From Actinomycetales bacterium (GTDB taxonomy: Bacteria; Actinomycetota; Actinomycetes; Actinomycetales; Microbacteriaceae), in NCBI GenBank assembly GCA_038203515.1, contig JBBRDX010000001.1:1-55537 (forward strand): 55,537 nucleotides of DNA, given 5' to 3'. Shown here piece after piece: positions 1-9,272 of this stretch (the first letter of the stretch is position 1; the number at the start of each line of letters is the position of its first letter). The notes under the pieces were generated by a model that saw nothing but the letters and a program-made list of their open reading frames with translations, made no database searches and was not told the origin of the DNA. The position numbers and the translations under genes were made by a program.

Positions 1-433
1 GTACGCCCTGGGAATTGCCGAGGTAGGTGAGCCACGCTGTTCCGGTGTACTCCCACGTCATGTCGGCGGCGGCGGAGGTCATCAACATTCGAGCGGGAAC
101 GCTGCCAGGCACGTTGGTGAGATCTGTGACCGTGAAGCCCGCCGCAGTAGCGGCGATCACCGCAATCTTGCCGAGGATGAGTTGCTCGGTGAAATTCTTG
201 GAGGTGACGGTAAGGGAGGCTCCGGTCGGCAGATCGAGTGGGGAGATCGTGCCGGGAGAGACCGCGGGAACATAGGTGGCGGCGGGCTGCAGACCGCAGC
301 CGGTGAGAGCGAGGAGCCCGACGCCCAAGACGGCGAGCGTGCGGATGATGCGATTCTTTACAGTGCGTTTCTGCACCGTGCGCTTCCTGAGTGGGCGATT
401 AGTGAGTGGGTGATTCATCAGTGAGCGATTCAT
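1..433 (-). CDS. Osmoprotectant (glycine betaine/choline) ABC transporter substrate-binding lipoprotein, runs off window
   Basis: Manual translation from ATG 433 (TGATG overlap with permease stop): MNRSL...LALTGCGLQP...VTSKNFTEQLILGKI...WEYTGTAW. Lipobox LTGC and OpuAC/OsmF-type motifs. Not in ORF track. Confidence 0.9.
   Translation of the reverse strand, partial: MNRSLMNHPLTNRPLRKRTVQKRTVKNRIIRTLAVLGVGLLALTGCGLQPAATYVPAVSPGTISPLDLPTGASLTVTSKNFTEQLILGKIAVIAATAAGFTVTDLTNVPGSVPARMLMTSAAADMTWEYTGTAWLTYLGNSQGV
344..433 (-). repeat. Six degenerate 15-bp tandem units encoding the binding protein's N-terminal extension
   Basis: atgaatcgctcactg / atgaatcacccactc / actaatcgcccactc / aggaagcgcacggtg / cagaaacgcactgta / aagaatcgcatcatc. 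Confidence 0.6.
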
Positions 434-1226
434 CACAGTCCTTTCGGACGGGCGACCTGCTCGACGATACGGCCGAGCCAATCGATGGAGAGCGCGAGAA
501 GCGCGATAAGCAGCGCCCCGGAGACGAGCACGCTGTAGAGGTAGAGGTTGACGTCAGTAACGATGAGGATGCCGAGTCCGCCGCCGTTGACAAAAGCGGC
601 TAGGGCGGCGGTACCGACCAGCAGCACGAGGGCGGTACGGATGCCCGCGAGCATCACCGGAACCGCCAGCGGCAGTTCGATTCGGAAGAGCACCGCGAGC
701 GCGCTCATGCCCATGCCGCGTCCGGCTTCGACCAGACCCTCGTCGACCCCGCGCACGCCGATCATGGTGCTCTACGCAGCACCGGAAGTGCCGCATAGAG
801 CACCAGCGCGAGGATCGACGCCCAATAGCCAGAGGTGATGAAGATCGCCAGGAGCACGACGAGCCCGATCGCAGGGGCGGCCTGTCCGAAGTTGGCAACC
901 GCGAGGATGGGCAGGCTCAACCGGCGAAACCGGCGCCGGGTGAGGAGCACCCCGAAGGGGATAGCGACAGCCAGCACGATCGCGGCCGACACGAAGGTGA
1001 GCGAGATGTGCTGGACGGTGGCCCGCCACAGTGCGTCCGGGGCCAGTGTGGTGCGTTCCGTCTCGGTGAGAGGCGCGAGCGAAAGCCACAGCGCGAATCC
1101 GGCGAGCACCACGAGGATAGCAACCGGTTGGATGATGAGTCCCCGCCAGGATGAGGAGCGCGCGGTAGCGAGTGCCCGGCGCGTGCGGACTCCCGGTGTC
1201 ACGGCCTCCGCGGTAACGCCCGTCAC
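433..1226 (-). pseudogene. Osmoprotectant ABC permease split by a frameshift near 770
   Basis: ORFs 762-1226 (...YAALPVLR) and 433-765 (MIGVRGVDEGLVEAGRGMG, EAA loop) are two halves of one permease; the junction ctg cgt AGAGC acc atg has 2 extra nt. Confidence 0.85.
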
Positions 1227-2466
1227 GCTGCGGCCGTCTCGGTGACGTCCGTGTCTGGTACCACGGGGATCTCGCCGGAGTTCGTGCCGGTCGGGGCGGC
1301 CGCGGATGCGGCGGCCGAGGCACGCGCTGAGGTGATGGCATCCATCACCGTCTCAACGTCGATCACCCCGAGGAAGCGGTCGCGCTTGCCGGTGACAAGG
1401 GCGGCTCCGGCGCTCGAGACGAGCATGGTATCGAGCGCGTCGTTCAGGGTCGCACGACTTCCCACCACCGGCAGACGGTCTTCGGGTACTGCGGTGATCG
1501 TCTCGAGGCGGGCGAGTTGCCGGAGGGAGAGCCACTGGATGGGCCGTTCGCGTTCGTCGACGACGACGACGTGGTTGTGCTTCGCGGCGACGGTGCGGGC
1601 GAGAACCTCGGAAGCTACTTCGCCAGGGGGGCGATCACGGCATCCGCCAGGGTGACATCGCCAACCCGGCGCAGGGTGAGCTGCTTGAGGCCCGCGCCAG
1701 ACCCGATGAAGTTCTCGACGAACTCGTTCGCCGGCTCCGCCAGGATCCGCTCCGGTGTGTCGTACTGCACGATGTGCGCGCCGTCACTGAATACGACGAT
1801 CCAATCGCCGAGCTTCACGGCCTCGTCGAAGTCGTGCGTCACGATCACGATGGTCTTATGCAGTTCGTCCTGGATGCGGAGGAGCTCGTCCTGCAGACGC
1901 TGGCGCGTGATCGGGTCAACGACACCGAACGGTTCGTCCATGAGCAGCACCGGGGGATCGGCGGCGAGTGCCCGGGCGACCCCGACGCGCTGCTGTTGGC
2001 CGCCAGACAACTCCTTGGGGAAGCGGTTGCGGTAGTCGGCGGGGTCGAGGGAGACGAGTTCGAAAAGCTCGTCGACACGATCGGCGATGCGCTTCTTGTC
2101 CCATCCGAGCATCTTCGGCACGATGGCGATATTCGCGGCGACCGTGAGATGCGGGAAGAGTCCACCGGCCTGAATGACGTAGCCGATGCGTCGACGCAGC
2201 TCGTCGCCGTCGATGTCGGTGACATCTTCACTGCCGAGCACAATTCGACCCTGCGTCGGCTCGATCAGCCGGTTGATCATCTTGAGGGTCGTTGTCTTGC
2301 CGCAGCCGGAAGGGCCGACGAGCATGACGATCTTGCCCGCGGGGATCTCGAGGGTGATGCCGTCGACGGCTGGGCTCTTCTGGCCCGGGTAGCGCTTGGT
2401 GACCCCCTCGAGCAGGATCGACTTGCCGCTGACGTCGGGAACTTCGGTAATGGTGGTTTCAGGCAC
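1223..2466 (-). pseudogene. Osmoprotectant ABC ATPase (OpuA/ProV-like with CBS tail), frameshifted at a G6 run (1626-1631)
   Basis: Walker A GPSGCGKTT, LSGGQQQ, LMDEPFG. Frame stops at 1615 but the CBS-like tail (GEVASEVLAR...ATLNDALDTML...) continues in another frame to 1223. GTG start 2466 overlaps the upstream stop. Confidence 0.85.
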
Positions 2467-3100
2467 GGATACCCCTAGGTGTGGTGAGTCGGCCGAGACC
2501 GACAAGAGCGAGATCGAGAATGAGCGCAAGAAGCACGACACCGATGACACCGGTGAGCACGGACTCGAGTGAATTGGCCCCTTCCAAGCGGGAGAGTCCG
2601 GAGAAGATGAACCTGCCGAGACCCGGGCCGAGCACGTAGGCCGCGACTGCGGCGATCCCCATGACCATCTGTGCGGAGACACGGATGCCGCCGAGAATCA
2701 CCGGCCAGGCGAGCGGAAGCTCGACCTGGAAGAAGGTACATCCACGACCCATTCCGATGCCGCGCGCCGACTCCACGACCGCCTGGTCAACGCCGTTGAG
2801 ACCGATGACGGCGTTACGAAGGATGGGCAGGACCGCGAAGAAGGTGACGATCGCTACGGCCGGCGACACGCCGAATCCGAGCGGTGCGATCACGATCCCG
2901 ACAGGCGCGAATGCCGGGATGGTAAACCCGTTAGCGGAGAGCGTGTTCGCCGCCGAGCTGAGGATGCGGCTGCGATAGGCCAGGGCCGCCAAGCCGACGG
3001 CCAGGACCGTTGCGAGCGCCAGGCATCGAAGGACGAGGCTCAGATGCTGCCACGAGGAGAAGGCGATCTGGTCGAAATGACTCTGGAGAAAATCCCACAC
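2459..3100 (-). CDS. Osmoprotectant ABC transporter permease
   Basis: Hydrophobic helices, EAA loop VVESARGIGM, GPGLG motif; likely GTG start at 3100 (MWDFLQ). Confidence 0.85.
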   Translation of the reverse strand: MWDFLQSHFDQIAFSSWQHLSLVLRCLALATVLAVGLAALAYRSRILSSAANTLSANGFTIPAFAPVGIVIAPLGFGVSPAVAIVTFFAVLPILRNAVIGLNGVDQAVVESARGIGMGRGCTFFQVELPLAWPVILGGIRVSAQMVMGIAAVAAYVLGPGLGRFIFSGLSRLEGANSLESVLTGVIGVVLLALILDLALVGLGRLTTPRGIRA

Positions 3101-3241
3101 GGACAACACCCCGCACGTTTCCTGTTCGAAACGCGCCCCTCGTGTGGGGGTGAACGCCGCGACCAGCCCTGACGGGAGCACGGGCGAACACAAGTTTGAC
3201 ATTCGGTTCCGAATGAGCGCTCGAGCGGCAAAGAGGGGGTT

Positions 3242-4207
3242 TCAGTCGTCCAGGTCGGGCTGTTCGTCGTCCGCGGCGGCCGCCACTGCGGCGTTCGATG
3301 GCGGCCTGCCGCGACGAGGGTGAATCGCTGCGCCCTCGGCAAGATAGACCTCGCGAGCCGCGCCGGCATCGGACTGTTTGATCGACGAGATCCAGATCGA
3401 TTCGGGGTGCACGTCGGCTCCCGCCCGCACGTCTTCCGCGGTACGCAGCTTCGCGACCCGGTGGATGAGTTCACCGAATCCGATTTTCACTACAACGTCC
3501 GTCGCGCACAGGGCAATCTGCATGGTCGTGGTCCAGCCGCCGCCGACGGCGAAGACCTGAATGAGGAAGACCAGCGGGTAGATCGCCCACCCGCCGAGGA
3601 GGAGTGCGGTGGCCTGGCGCAGCAAGATTGCCGACTCGGCCGTGAGGCCGACGGTGGACGAGCGCACGCACCGGATGAGCACCACGGTGGTGAACAGCCA
3701 GAAAACGCAGCTGATCCCACCCCAGAACACGAGTTGGGCCGTGTCTTCGCCGCCTCCAATGATGAACGCGCCGAGGAACCCGGTGAAGATCATGAGGAAC
3801 GCGCCGCCACCGGCCATCCACTGGGCACGGCGCGCCGCGGCCCCCACGACGATGCAGACGGCGAGCAATTCCACCGTGAGGAGCGGCACGGTAATCGACC
3901 AGTCCATGAACCGCGGCGCGAAGGCGAGAATTGCTTCGGCGTTGGGGCGGTAGCCGGCACGCGTGGCGTCATACCCGCGAAGGAACTCGACGACGATGAG
4001 CAGGTAGCTCAGGCTCGCGACGATCGTGACCCCGAGACGGGCCACCACGGCTTTCCGATAGCGCGGCCCCGCCTCGTTGCGGGTGGTCCAGGTGCCTACG
4101 AACCCGGCGAAGAGGGCAAGCGCGGCGATGACGAGGAAGTAGAGGGTAAGCAGGTACTCCGGGTGACTGAGGGTCGCGTTCCAGGGAGCCGTGCTTGCGA
4201 AAATCAT
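3242..4207 (-). CDS. Microbial (type-1) rhodopsin, CryoRhodopsin-like, DTE motif with helix-B Arg57
   Basis: Seven hydrophobic segments; helix C RFMDWSITVPLLTVE (R99/D102/T106/E113 = BR R82/D85/T89/D96); helix F GWAIYP; helix G DVVVK (D237, retinal K241); Arg57 is 11 residues before the helix-B Tyr (BR T46 position); about 70-aa C-terminal tail. Confidence 0.95.
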   Translation of the reverse strand: MIFASTAPWNATLSHPEYLLTLYFLVIAALALFAGFVGTWTTRNEAGPRYRKAVVARLGVTIVASLSYLLIVVEFLRGYDATRAGYRPNAEAILAFAPRFMDWSITVPLLTVELLAVCIVVGAAARRAQWMAGGGAFLMIFTGFLGAFIIGGGEDTAQLVFWGGISCVFWLFTTVVLIRCVRSSTVGLTAESAILLRQATALLLGGWAIYPLVFLIQVFAVGGGWTTTMQIALCATDVVVKIGFGELIHRVAKLRTAEDVRAGADVHPESIWISSIKQSDAGAAREVYLAEGAAIHPRRGRPPSNAAVAAAADDEQPDLDD

Positions 4208-4295
4208 CACAATTCAGTGTGCGCCTTCGATGCGGCGCACCGGCAGGCCCTTGCGGTCGCGGCGGAAAAGTGCGGGGGGCGCTCGGCGGCCCCGC

Positions 4296-4613
4296 TCATG
4301 ACCCGGCTCCGTTCGCTGGCGGTTCCGATGTGAAGAACAGGCCGCCCGCGCTGTTGGCGGAGAGCATGAGCACTTCGATCCAGTCCCGGTTGATGCTCGG
4401 GATGCGACCTCCCGCGTAGCGGTAGTACAGCGTGCTGCTTGGATCGAGCCAGATGGTGCTGCGCCCGCTCCCGAGCTCCGGGGCGTTCACCCAGGTGAAG
4501 ATGAAGCTCTCATTGCGCCGCAGCTTGTTGGTGATCACGATCTGCAGGTGCATGAGCGCACGATCGTCGAACGCCACCTCGATGCTGGAATTCCCGTACA
4601 CCAGACTGCCCAT
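4296..4613 (-). CDS. Small soluble protein (DUF7882-like Microbacteriaceae family), putative rhodopsin transducer
   Basis: MGSLVYG...FDDRALMHLQIVITNKLRRNESF...GSGRSTIWL...INRDWIEVLMLSANS; GAGGAG RBS and TAAAGT -10 (4644-4649) upstream; co-oriented 88 bp upstream of the rhodopsin. Confidence 0.85.
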   Translation of the reverse strand: MGSLVYGNSSIEVAFDDRALMHLQIVITNKLRRNESFIFTWVNAPELGSGRSTIWLDPSSTLYYRYAGGRIPSINRDWIEVLMLSANSAGGLFFTSEPPANGAGS

Positions 4614-4656
4614 GTTGTGTGTGCTCCTCGTGCTTCCGTGAGTACTTTACCGAGGA

Positions 4657-4839
4657 TCACAGCGGTTTCGCACGGTGGTCGGTCACTGGGAGGGCCGCCG
4701 GCTCGAGGCATCCACGATTACGTCGCCGTGTTGCTGAGCGGTGAAGAGTGGCGGGACGCTCGGTGCGATGCCGAGGCGATGGCGTGTGGTCCGAGGCCCG
4801 GTCGATCGAGTCGAGCATCCTTGAGAAGAGCGTTCGCAC
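4657..4839 (-). CDS. Possible small hypothetical protein
   Basis: 60-aa ORF co-oriented with neighbours, fills the gap; no recognisable motif. Confidence 0.25.
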   Translation of the reverse strand: MRTLFSRMLDSIDRASDHTPSPRHRTERPATLHRSATRRRNRGCLEPAALPVTDHRAKPL

Positions 4840-4886
4840 CGTGTGCGATGTTCCCCCCCGAGGTCACGAAAGCGCGCCTCGAGGCG

Positions 4887-5114
4887 TTAGACCGCCAGCA
4901 CCAGCGCGGGATCGCCAGCCTGAATGCGCCGGAGTCGGTCCTTGGCTGTGCGTTCCACGAGAACCGGCACGTAGTCCCGGATTGGATTGCCGTCAAGCAG
5001 CCCGCGGGTCTCTACGACCACCTGCTCGACTCGCGCCCGCCCGAGGGTGGGAAACCGATCCGCCAAACGATCGACGACCCTGGCGATGCCCTGATCTTCC
5101 TGCATCTGGTCCAT
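4887..5114 (-). CDS. Small three-helix-bundle dimerization-domain protein (DUF3562-like)
   Basis: VVDRLADRFP...IRDYVPVLVERTAKDRL pattern; leaderless CAGAAT-N6-ATG. Confidence 0.8.
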   Translation of the reverse strand: MDQMQEDQGIARVVDRLADRFPTLGRARVEQVVVETRGLLDGNPIRDYVPVLVERTAKDRLRRIQAGDPALVLAV

Positions 5115-5300
5115 CCGGCAATTCTGGGGCCTCGCAGCGCCGGTGGTCAACCCGGAATGTTCAGGTGACCGTTGCCGGCTGTTCACGAAGTAGTTGTGGA
5201 TCGCGGTGTGGGCCGGGGTGGTGGCCGCGGCAGCAGCAGTGGAGGTGATGCCGGACTTCGCACCGGCAGCGGTTCGCGCCGGCCGCGGTGGGATCCCTGA

Positions 5301-5543
5301 TCAGGCGGCTGGCGGTAGCCGACGAACTTCACGTTGCAAGCGCGATCGTGCCCCGTGTTCGACGAGATTCGGGATGTAGGTGCGGATGCGACTGTCGGAG
5401 AGCGCCGCATACTCTTCCGCGACAGTCGAAGCGATGTGATCCCGCTGAGTCTTGGGAAAGCGCAGTGCGAGCCGGTCGACGAGCTTCCCGGCATCCGCAC
5501 CCGCACCCGCACCCGCATCCGCATCCGCAGACAGTGGGGGCAT
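5301..5543 (-). CDS. Second three-helix-bundle dimerization-domain protein
   Basis: LVDRLALRFP...IRTYIPNLVEHGARSRL, paralogous pattern to 4887-5114; N-terminal AD/AG run from a 6-bp repeat at about 5491-5527. Confidence 0.8.
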   Translation of the reverse strand: MPPLSADADAGAGAGADAGKLVDRLALRFPKTQRDHIASTVAEEYAALSDSRIRTYIPNLVEHGARSRLQREVRRLPPAA

Positions 5544-5549
5544 GCAGCC

Positions 5550-5578
5550 AGTCTGCGCCGCGCCGCGCTGCTCGTCAA
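5550..5578 (-). promoter_or_regulatory. Sigma-70-type leaderless promoter TTGACG-N17-CAGACT-N6-ATG
   Basis: -35 at 5573-5578, -10 at 5550-5555, ATG at 5543; the -35-containing 13-mer is duplicated at 5589-5601. Confidence 0.65.
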
Positions 5579-5876
5579 CGCGCGCTAGTCGTCAACGCGC
5601 GATGCCGGAGAACTCGACCGGTGTCTTCACCCGGCCGTCGACTGGTGTCAACGACCCTCGCCTACGGTGGTCGAATCGGAGCTGCAGCGCCCATCGGCAC
5701 CTTCGATTCCGTCGAGGATGCGCTGCGATTGCTGCTGCGTTCCATCCTCGACCGATCCCGTCGCCGGGAGGCCTCCTGAATGGCCAGTCTGAACGACCGG
5801 GCTGTCAGACGAAGTCGGAGAGCCCGTTCGCTGGCCTCCAGGAGAAACCACTCGGCGTGACTCACTGTCGTCACCG

Positions 5877-6340
5877 TCATCGGGCCGATTCACGATGCAC
5901 GGACCGGGCGCGGATGCTGCTGCCGGTGCCCGCGAGGACGTGCGTGAGCGTCGTGCGCGCGCTCGTCGGCGGGGTGATCCCTTCGAGCGGCTCTTGTGCG
6001 TCGGCGAGAATCAGCTCGACGGGCAGTCCGGAGTCGCGGATCTGCAGCCCTGCCGTAGTCCTCACCCGGGTGAGAACCGCTTCGGTCTCCCGCTGGTGGG
6101 CCAGATGGACCAGAGGTGCGTCTGCGGCTTCCGTCCTCACCCAGCGGAGGTAGCGGTCCACGGGTATCCGGCCGTCCGCCGGCGCGGCACTGCCGAGCAG
6201 CCGCCACGGAATGTTGAAGAACGGTACGCATTCTGCGAAGCGAGCACCCCGGAAGATGATCTCTGCGGCCGCCACCAGCCGGAGCGGAGATTCGACCCAG
6301 GCGATAACCGGATATTGCCCGCGTTCAGCCGACTGCATCG
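5877..6340 (-). pseudogene. Internally deleted remnant of a conserved actinobacterial hypothetical gene
   Basis: Blocks AWVESPL, RGARFAECVPF..IPWRLL and GLPVELILA..EPLE resemble, from recall, a longer protein of surface-polysaccharide loci, with intervening segments apparently missing. Confidence 0.45.
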
Positions 6341-6991
6341 GGGTCTCTTGTGGCAGGAGCAGGGGTGCCTGCGACTGCCTCCGGGCCCGACCCGGGATCA
6401 ACCTGCCGTGCAGACCATTCCCGGGACAAGCGCTCGCCGCAGATGCTCTCCGGCACCGCGGCCGAGACCTCACTGGCCAGGTGTGCTCGAAGTATGCTCG
6501 CGGCCCGGTGAGAGTGCGCCACGGCCTGGATTTCGAGCGAGCCGGCATACTTCGGCAAGGAGAAGAGATCCGACGGAGGGAACCCAGACGAGCAACTGGT
6601 CATTCTCGAGAGCGACGGATTCGAAACGGCGAAAGCGGTGCCGCACGAACTCCAGCCAGAGCGGGGAGTCGAGGGGCCGGATCATGAACGTGATCGCGAT
6701 CATTGATCCAGCCTCACCGTCGTATGTGACGCTGGAGTTAACGGCGGTCGAGCATCAGCCAAAGCTCGCTCGATAGAGGCGATTCCAGTTCACCCGTCGG
6801 TCATCACGACGTAACACGGTCGGCATCCGGTGAGGCTTCGGTTACTGGAGCGCGGAGCAGATCGCGGTCGTGCATCCCGACACCGGCAGACCGACGGATG
6901 CTCTACCGCACCCCGCTCACTCCCCTAAGTGTTCGCCCGTACCGAGCGTATGGTGTAAATAAGTTCACCTTTTTCTCGTCGAAAGCCAGTG

Positions 6992-8422
6992 ATGTCAGAC
7001 ACCTCCAGCCCCCGCACTACTCTCAAGGTCATCGCCCTCGCTGTGGCCGGCGCGGTCGGCGGCTTTCTTTTCGGCTTCGATTCCTCCGTGGTCAACGGCG
7101 CGGTCGACGCTGTACGCAAACAGTTCTCGCTCACCGCATCCCTCACCGGTCTCGCGGTGGCGAGTGCCCTTATCGGTTGCGCGGTGGGCGCCTACCTCGC
7201 CGGCCGTCTCGCTGACCGGTTCGGGCGCATCCCGGCCATGATTGTCGGTGCGATTCTTTTCCTCGCCAGCGCGATCGGCAGTGGGCTGTCTCTCGGCGTC
7301 TGGGACCTGGTGGTCTGGCGTCTCGTCGGCGGACTCGGCATCGGCATCGCCTCGGTGATCGCTCCGGCCTACATCGCAGAGATCTCACCCCGACAATTGC
7401 GCGGGCGCCTCGCCTCACTACAGCAGCTCGCCATCACCCTCGGAATCTTCGCCGCACTGCTGTCCGATACCCTGTTCGCCAATGCCGCGGGTGCGGCGGA
7501 CGCGAAGTTCTGGCTGGGGCTGGAGGCGTGGCGCTGGATGTTCCTCGCCGGCATCGTGCCAGCCGTCGTCTACGGCGTGATCGCGTTCTTCCTGCCGGAG
7601 TCCCCACGATTCCTCATGCTCAAGAATCGCGATGACGATGTCCGCGCGATCTTCGCCCGGATCTGGCCGGATGACGACGTGGAGCGCGCCATCCGTGATA
7701 TGCGGGATGCGATCAAGACCGATGAGGAGGGATCGAAGAAGGGTGCGCTTCGGGGCGGTCGTTTCGGCTTCAAACCGATCGTCTGGATCGGCATCATCCT
7801 GTCGGTATTCCAGCAGTTTGTGGGAATCAACGTCATCTTCTACTACTCGACGACACTGTGGAAGTCTGTCGGGTTCCAGGAGAAGGACTCCTTCACGATC
7901 TCGGTGATTACCGCCGTGACCAATATCGTGGTGACCTTCGTCGCGATCGCGCTCGTCGATCGGGTGGGGCGTCGACCCATCCTGCTTTTCGGATCGGCTG
8001 GCATGACCCTGTCGCTTGCACTGATGGCTGTCGCCTTTAGCCAGGCCGACGTGGTGAAGGGTGCGCCGTCTCTGCCGGGGGCGTGGGGACCGGTTGCGCT
8101 CGTCGCCGCCAATGTATTCGTGGTGAGTTTTGGTGCGTCCTGGGGCCCGGTGGTGTGGGTGTTGCTCGGCGAGATCTTCCCCACCCGCATTCGGGCTCGT
8201 GCGCTCGGTGTCGCCGCAGCGGCGCAGTGGATCGCCAACTTTCTTGTGACAGTGTCGTTCCCGCCGCTCGCCGCGGTCTCACTCGTACTCACGTATGGGT
8301 TGTATGCGGCGTTCGCGCTGCTGTCGTTCCTGTTCGTCTCCCGGTTCATCCCGGAGACGAACGGAATGTCGCTGGAGGAGGCGAACACCCTGCTGCCGCA
8401 GAAGAATTCTGCACGCGGCTGA
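6992..8422 (+). CDS. Sugar porter family MFS transporter (GlcP/XylE-like)
   Basis: GGFLFGFD, DRFGR, PESPR, QQFVGINVIFYY, PETNG motifs; 12 TM pattern. Confidence 0.95.
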   Translation: MSDTSSPRTTLKVIALAVAGAVGGFLFGFDSSVVNGAVDAVRKQFSLTASLTGLAVASALIGCAVGAYLAGRLADRFGRIPAMIVGAILFLASAIGSGLSLGVWDLVVWRLVGGLGIGIASVIAPAYIAEISPRQLRGRLASLQQLAITLGIFAALLSDTLFANAAGAADAKFWLGLEAWRWMFLAGIVPAVVYGVIAFFLPESPRFLMLKNRDDDVRAIFARIWPDDDVERAIRDMRDAIKTDEEGSKKGALRGGRFGFKPIVWIGIILSVFQQFVGINVIFYYSTTLWKSVGFQEKDSFTISVITAVTNIVVTFVAIALVDRVGRRPILLFGSAGMTLSLALMAVAFSQADVVKGAPSLPGAWGPVALVAANVFVVSFGASWGPVVWVLLGEIFPTRIRARALGVAAAAQWIANFLVTVSFPPLAAVSLVLTYGLYAAFALLSFLFVSRFIPETNGMSLEEANTLLPQKNSARG

Positions 8423-8496
8423 CGGCCGCGTCGCGCACCGTTAAAAGTGCGCGGGCCACGACCCAGACCGGCACATTCTGACGGTTCACGGTTCGG

Positions 8497-9197
8497 TCAG
8501 CCGGAGGAGGACACCCCGGTGAAAGATTCTCCGCACGGCCGAATGCAGCAAGGCCGCTGGTCGCCGCGCGCTACATACCGACGATCGACCAGTCCCAGCG
8601 GTTCTGATAGCTGGAGATACGCCACGATCGATAGCCCTGTGAACAACAATTCAGGATCGTCTCTCCTGGCATCACTCGAGATCTTCCGCAGGTGCACAAC
8701 TTCGCTCTCGAGGCGAGGATGTCCGTCCTCAATCATCAGCGGACACGCACTGTCACGAAAGACGGGGGCCGAATCAGCCTGCGTCAATTCATCCAGGGAG
8801 CCCGGATCGACATATCGGGGTGCGATCTGACTCACAAACTCGTGCCACAGCGGAGAAGTCGCACCCGGGGCATCCGCGACTGCCGAGTCTGCGCCCTGTT
8901 CGGTGACGAAGCGCAACACCCACTGCTGTGCCGACAATACTCGGCGTGACGACCAGCCATCTTGCGCGACTGTTGCGTCATCGAGAACTCGCGATACGAG
9001 GCGGAAGCTCGGCTTGCGAGTGTCGATTGTGGTCTGCAAGTAGGTACCTCCGCCGTCGGAGACGAGTCCCAATCCGACTACGTCTCCATAGCTCGGGGCG
9101 TCGGCCGGGGCGTTGCCCGCGCACGTTCGGAAGGCGGCCATGTGCACGCGCCCAAGAGCAGAATCGCCGCGAAAGCCACCACCAGAGACGCTCTCAC
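8497..9197 (-). pseudogene. Frameshifted lipoprotein
   Basis: AAGGAG RBS, GTG 9197: MRASLVVAFAAILLLGAC (lipobox) stops at 9078; the body (SYGDVVGLGLVSD...) continues in another frame after a G4 run at 9095-9098. Confidence 0.65.
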
Positions 9198-9272
9198 GAA
9201 GCTCCTTATGCGATTAATTCCCGTTTTACCGACCAGGAGACTGTGAATGTCAGCACGAGAATGTCCGGGCTG

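Noticed and set aside
1615-1640. Programmed ribosomal frameshift in the ABC ATPase
   Set aside because: No canonical slippery heptamer, and a second lesion in the same operon points to decay or sequencing error.
3242-4207. Heliorhodopsin or ordinary actinorhodopsin proton pump
   Set aside because: Type-1 motifs (RxxDW, DxxxK) rather than heliorhodopsin SxxxK; the helix-B Arg and long tail are not typical of actinorhodopsin.
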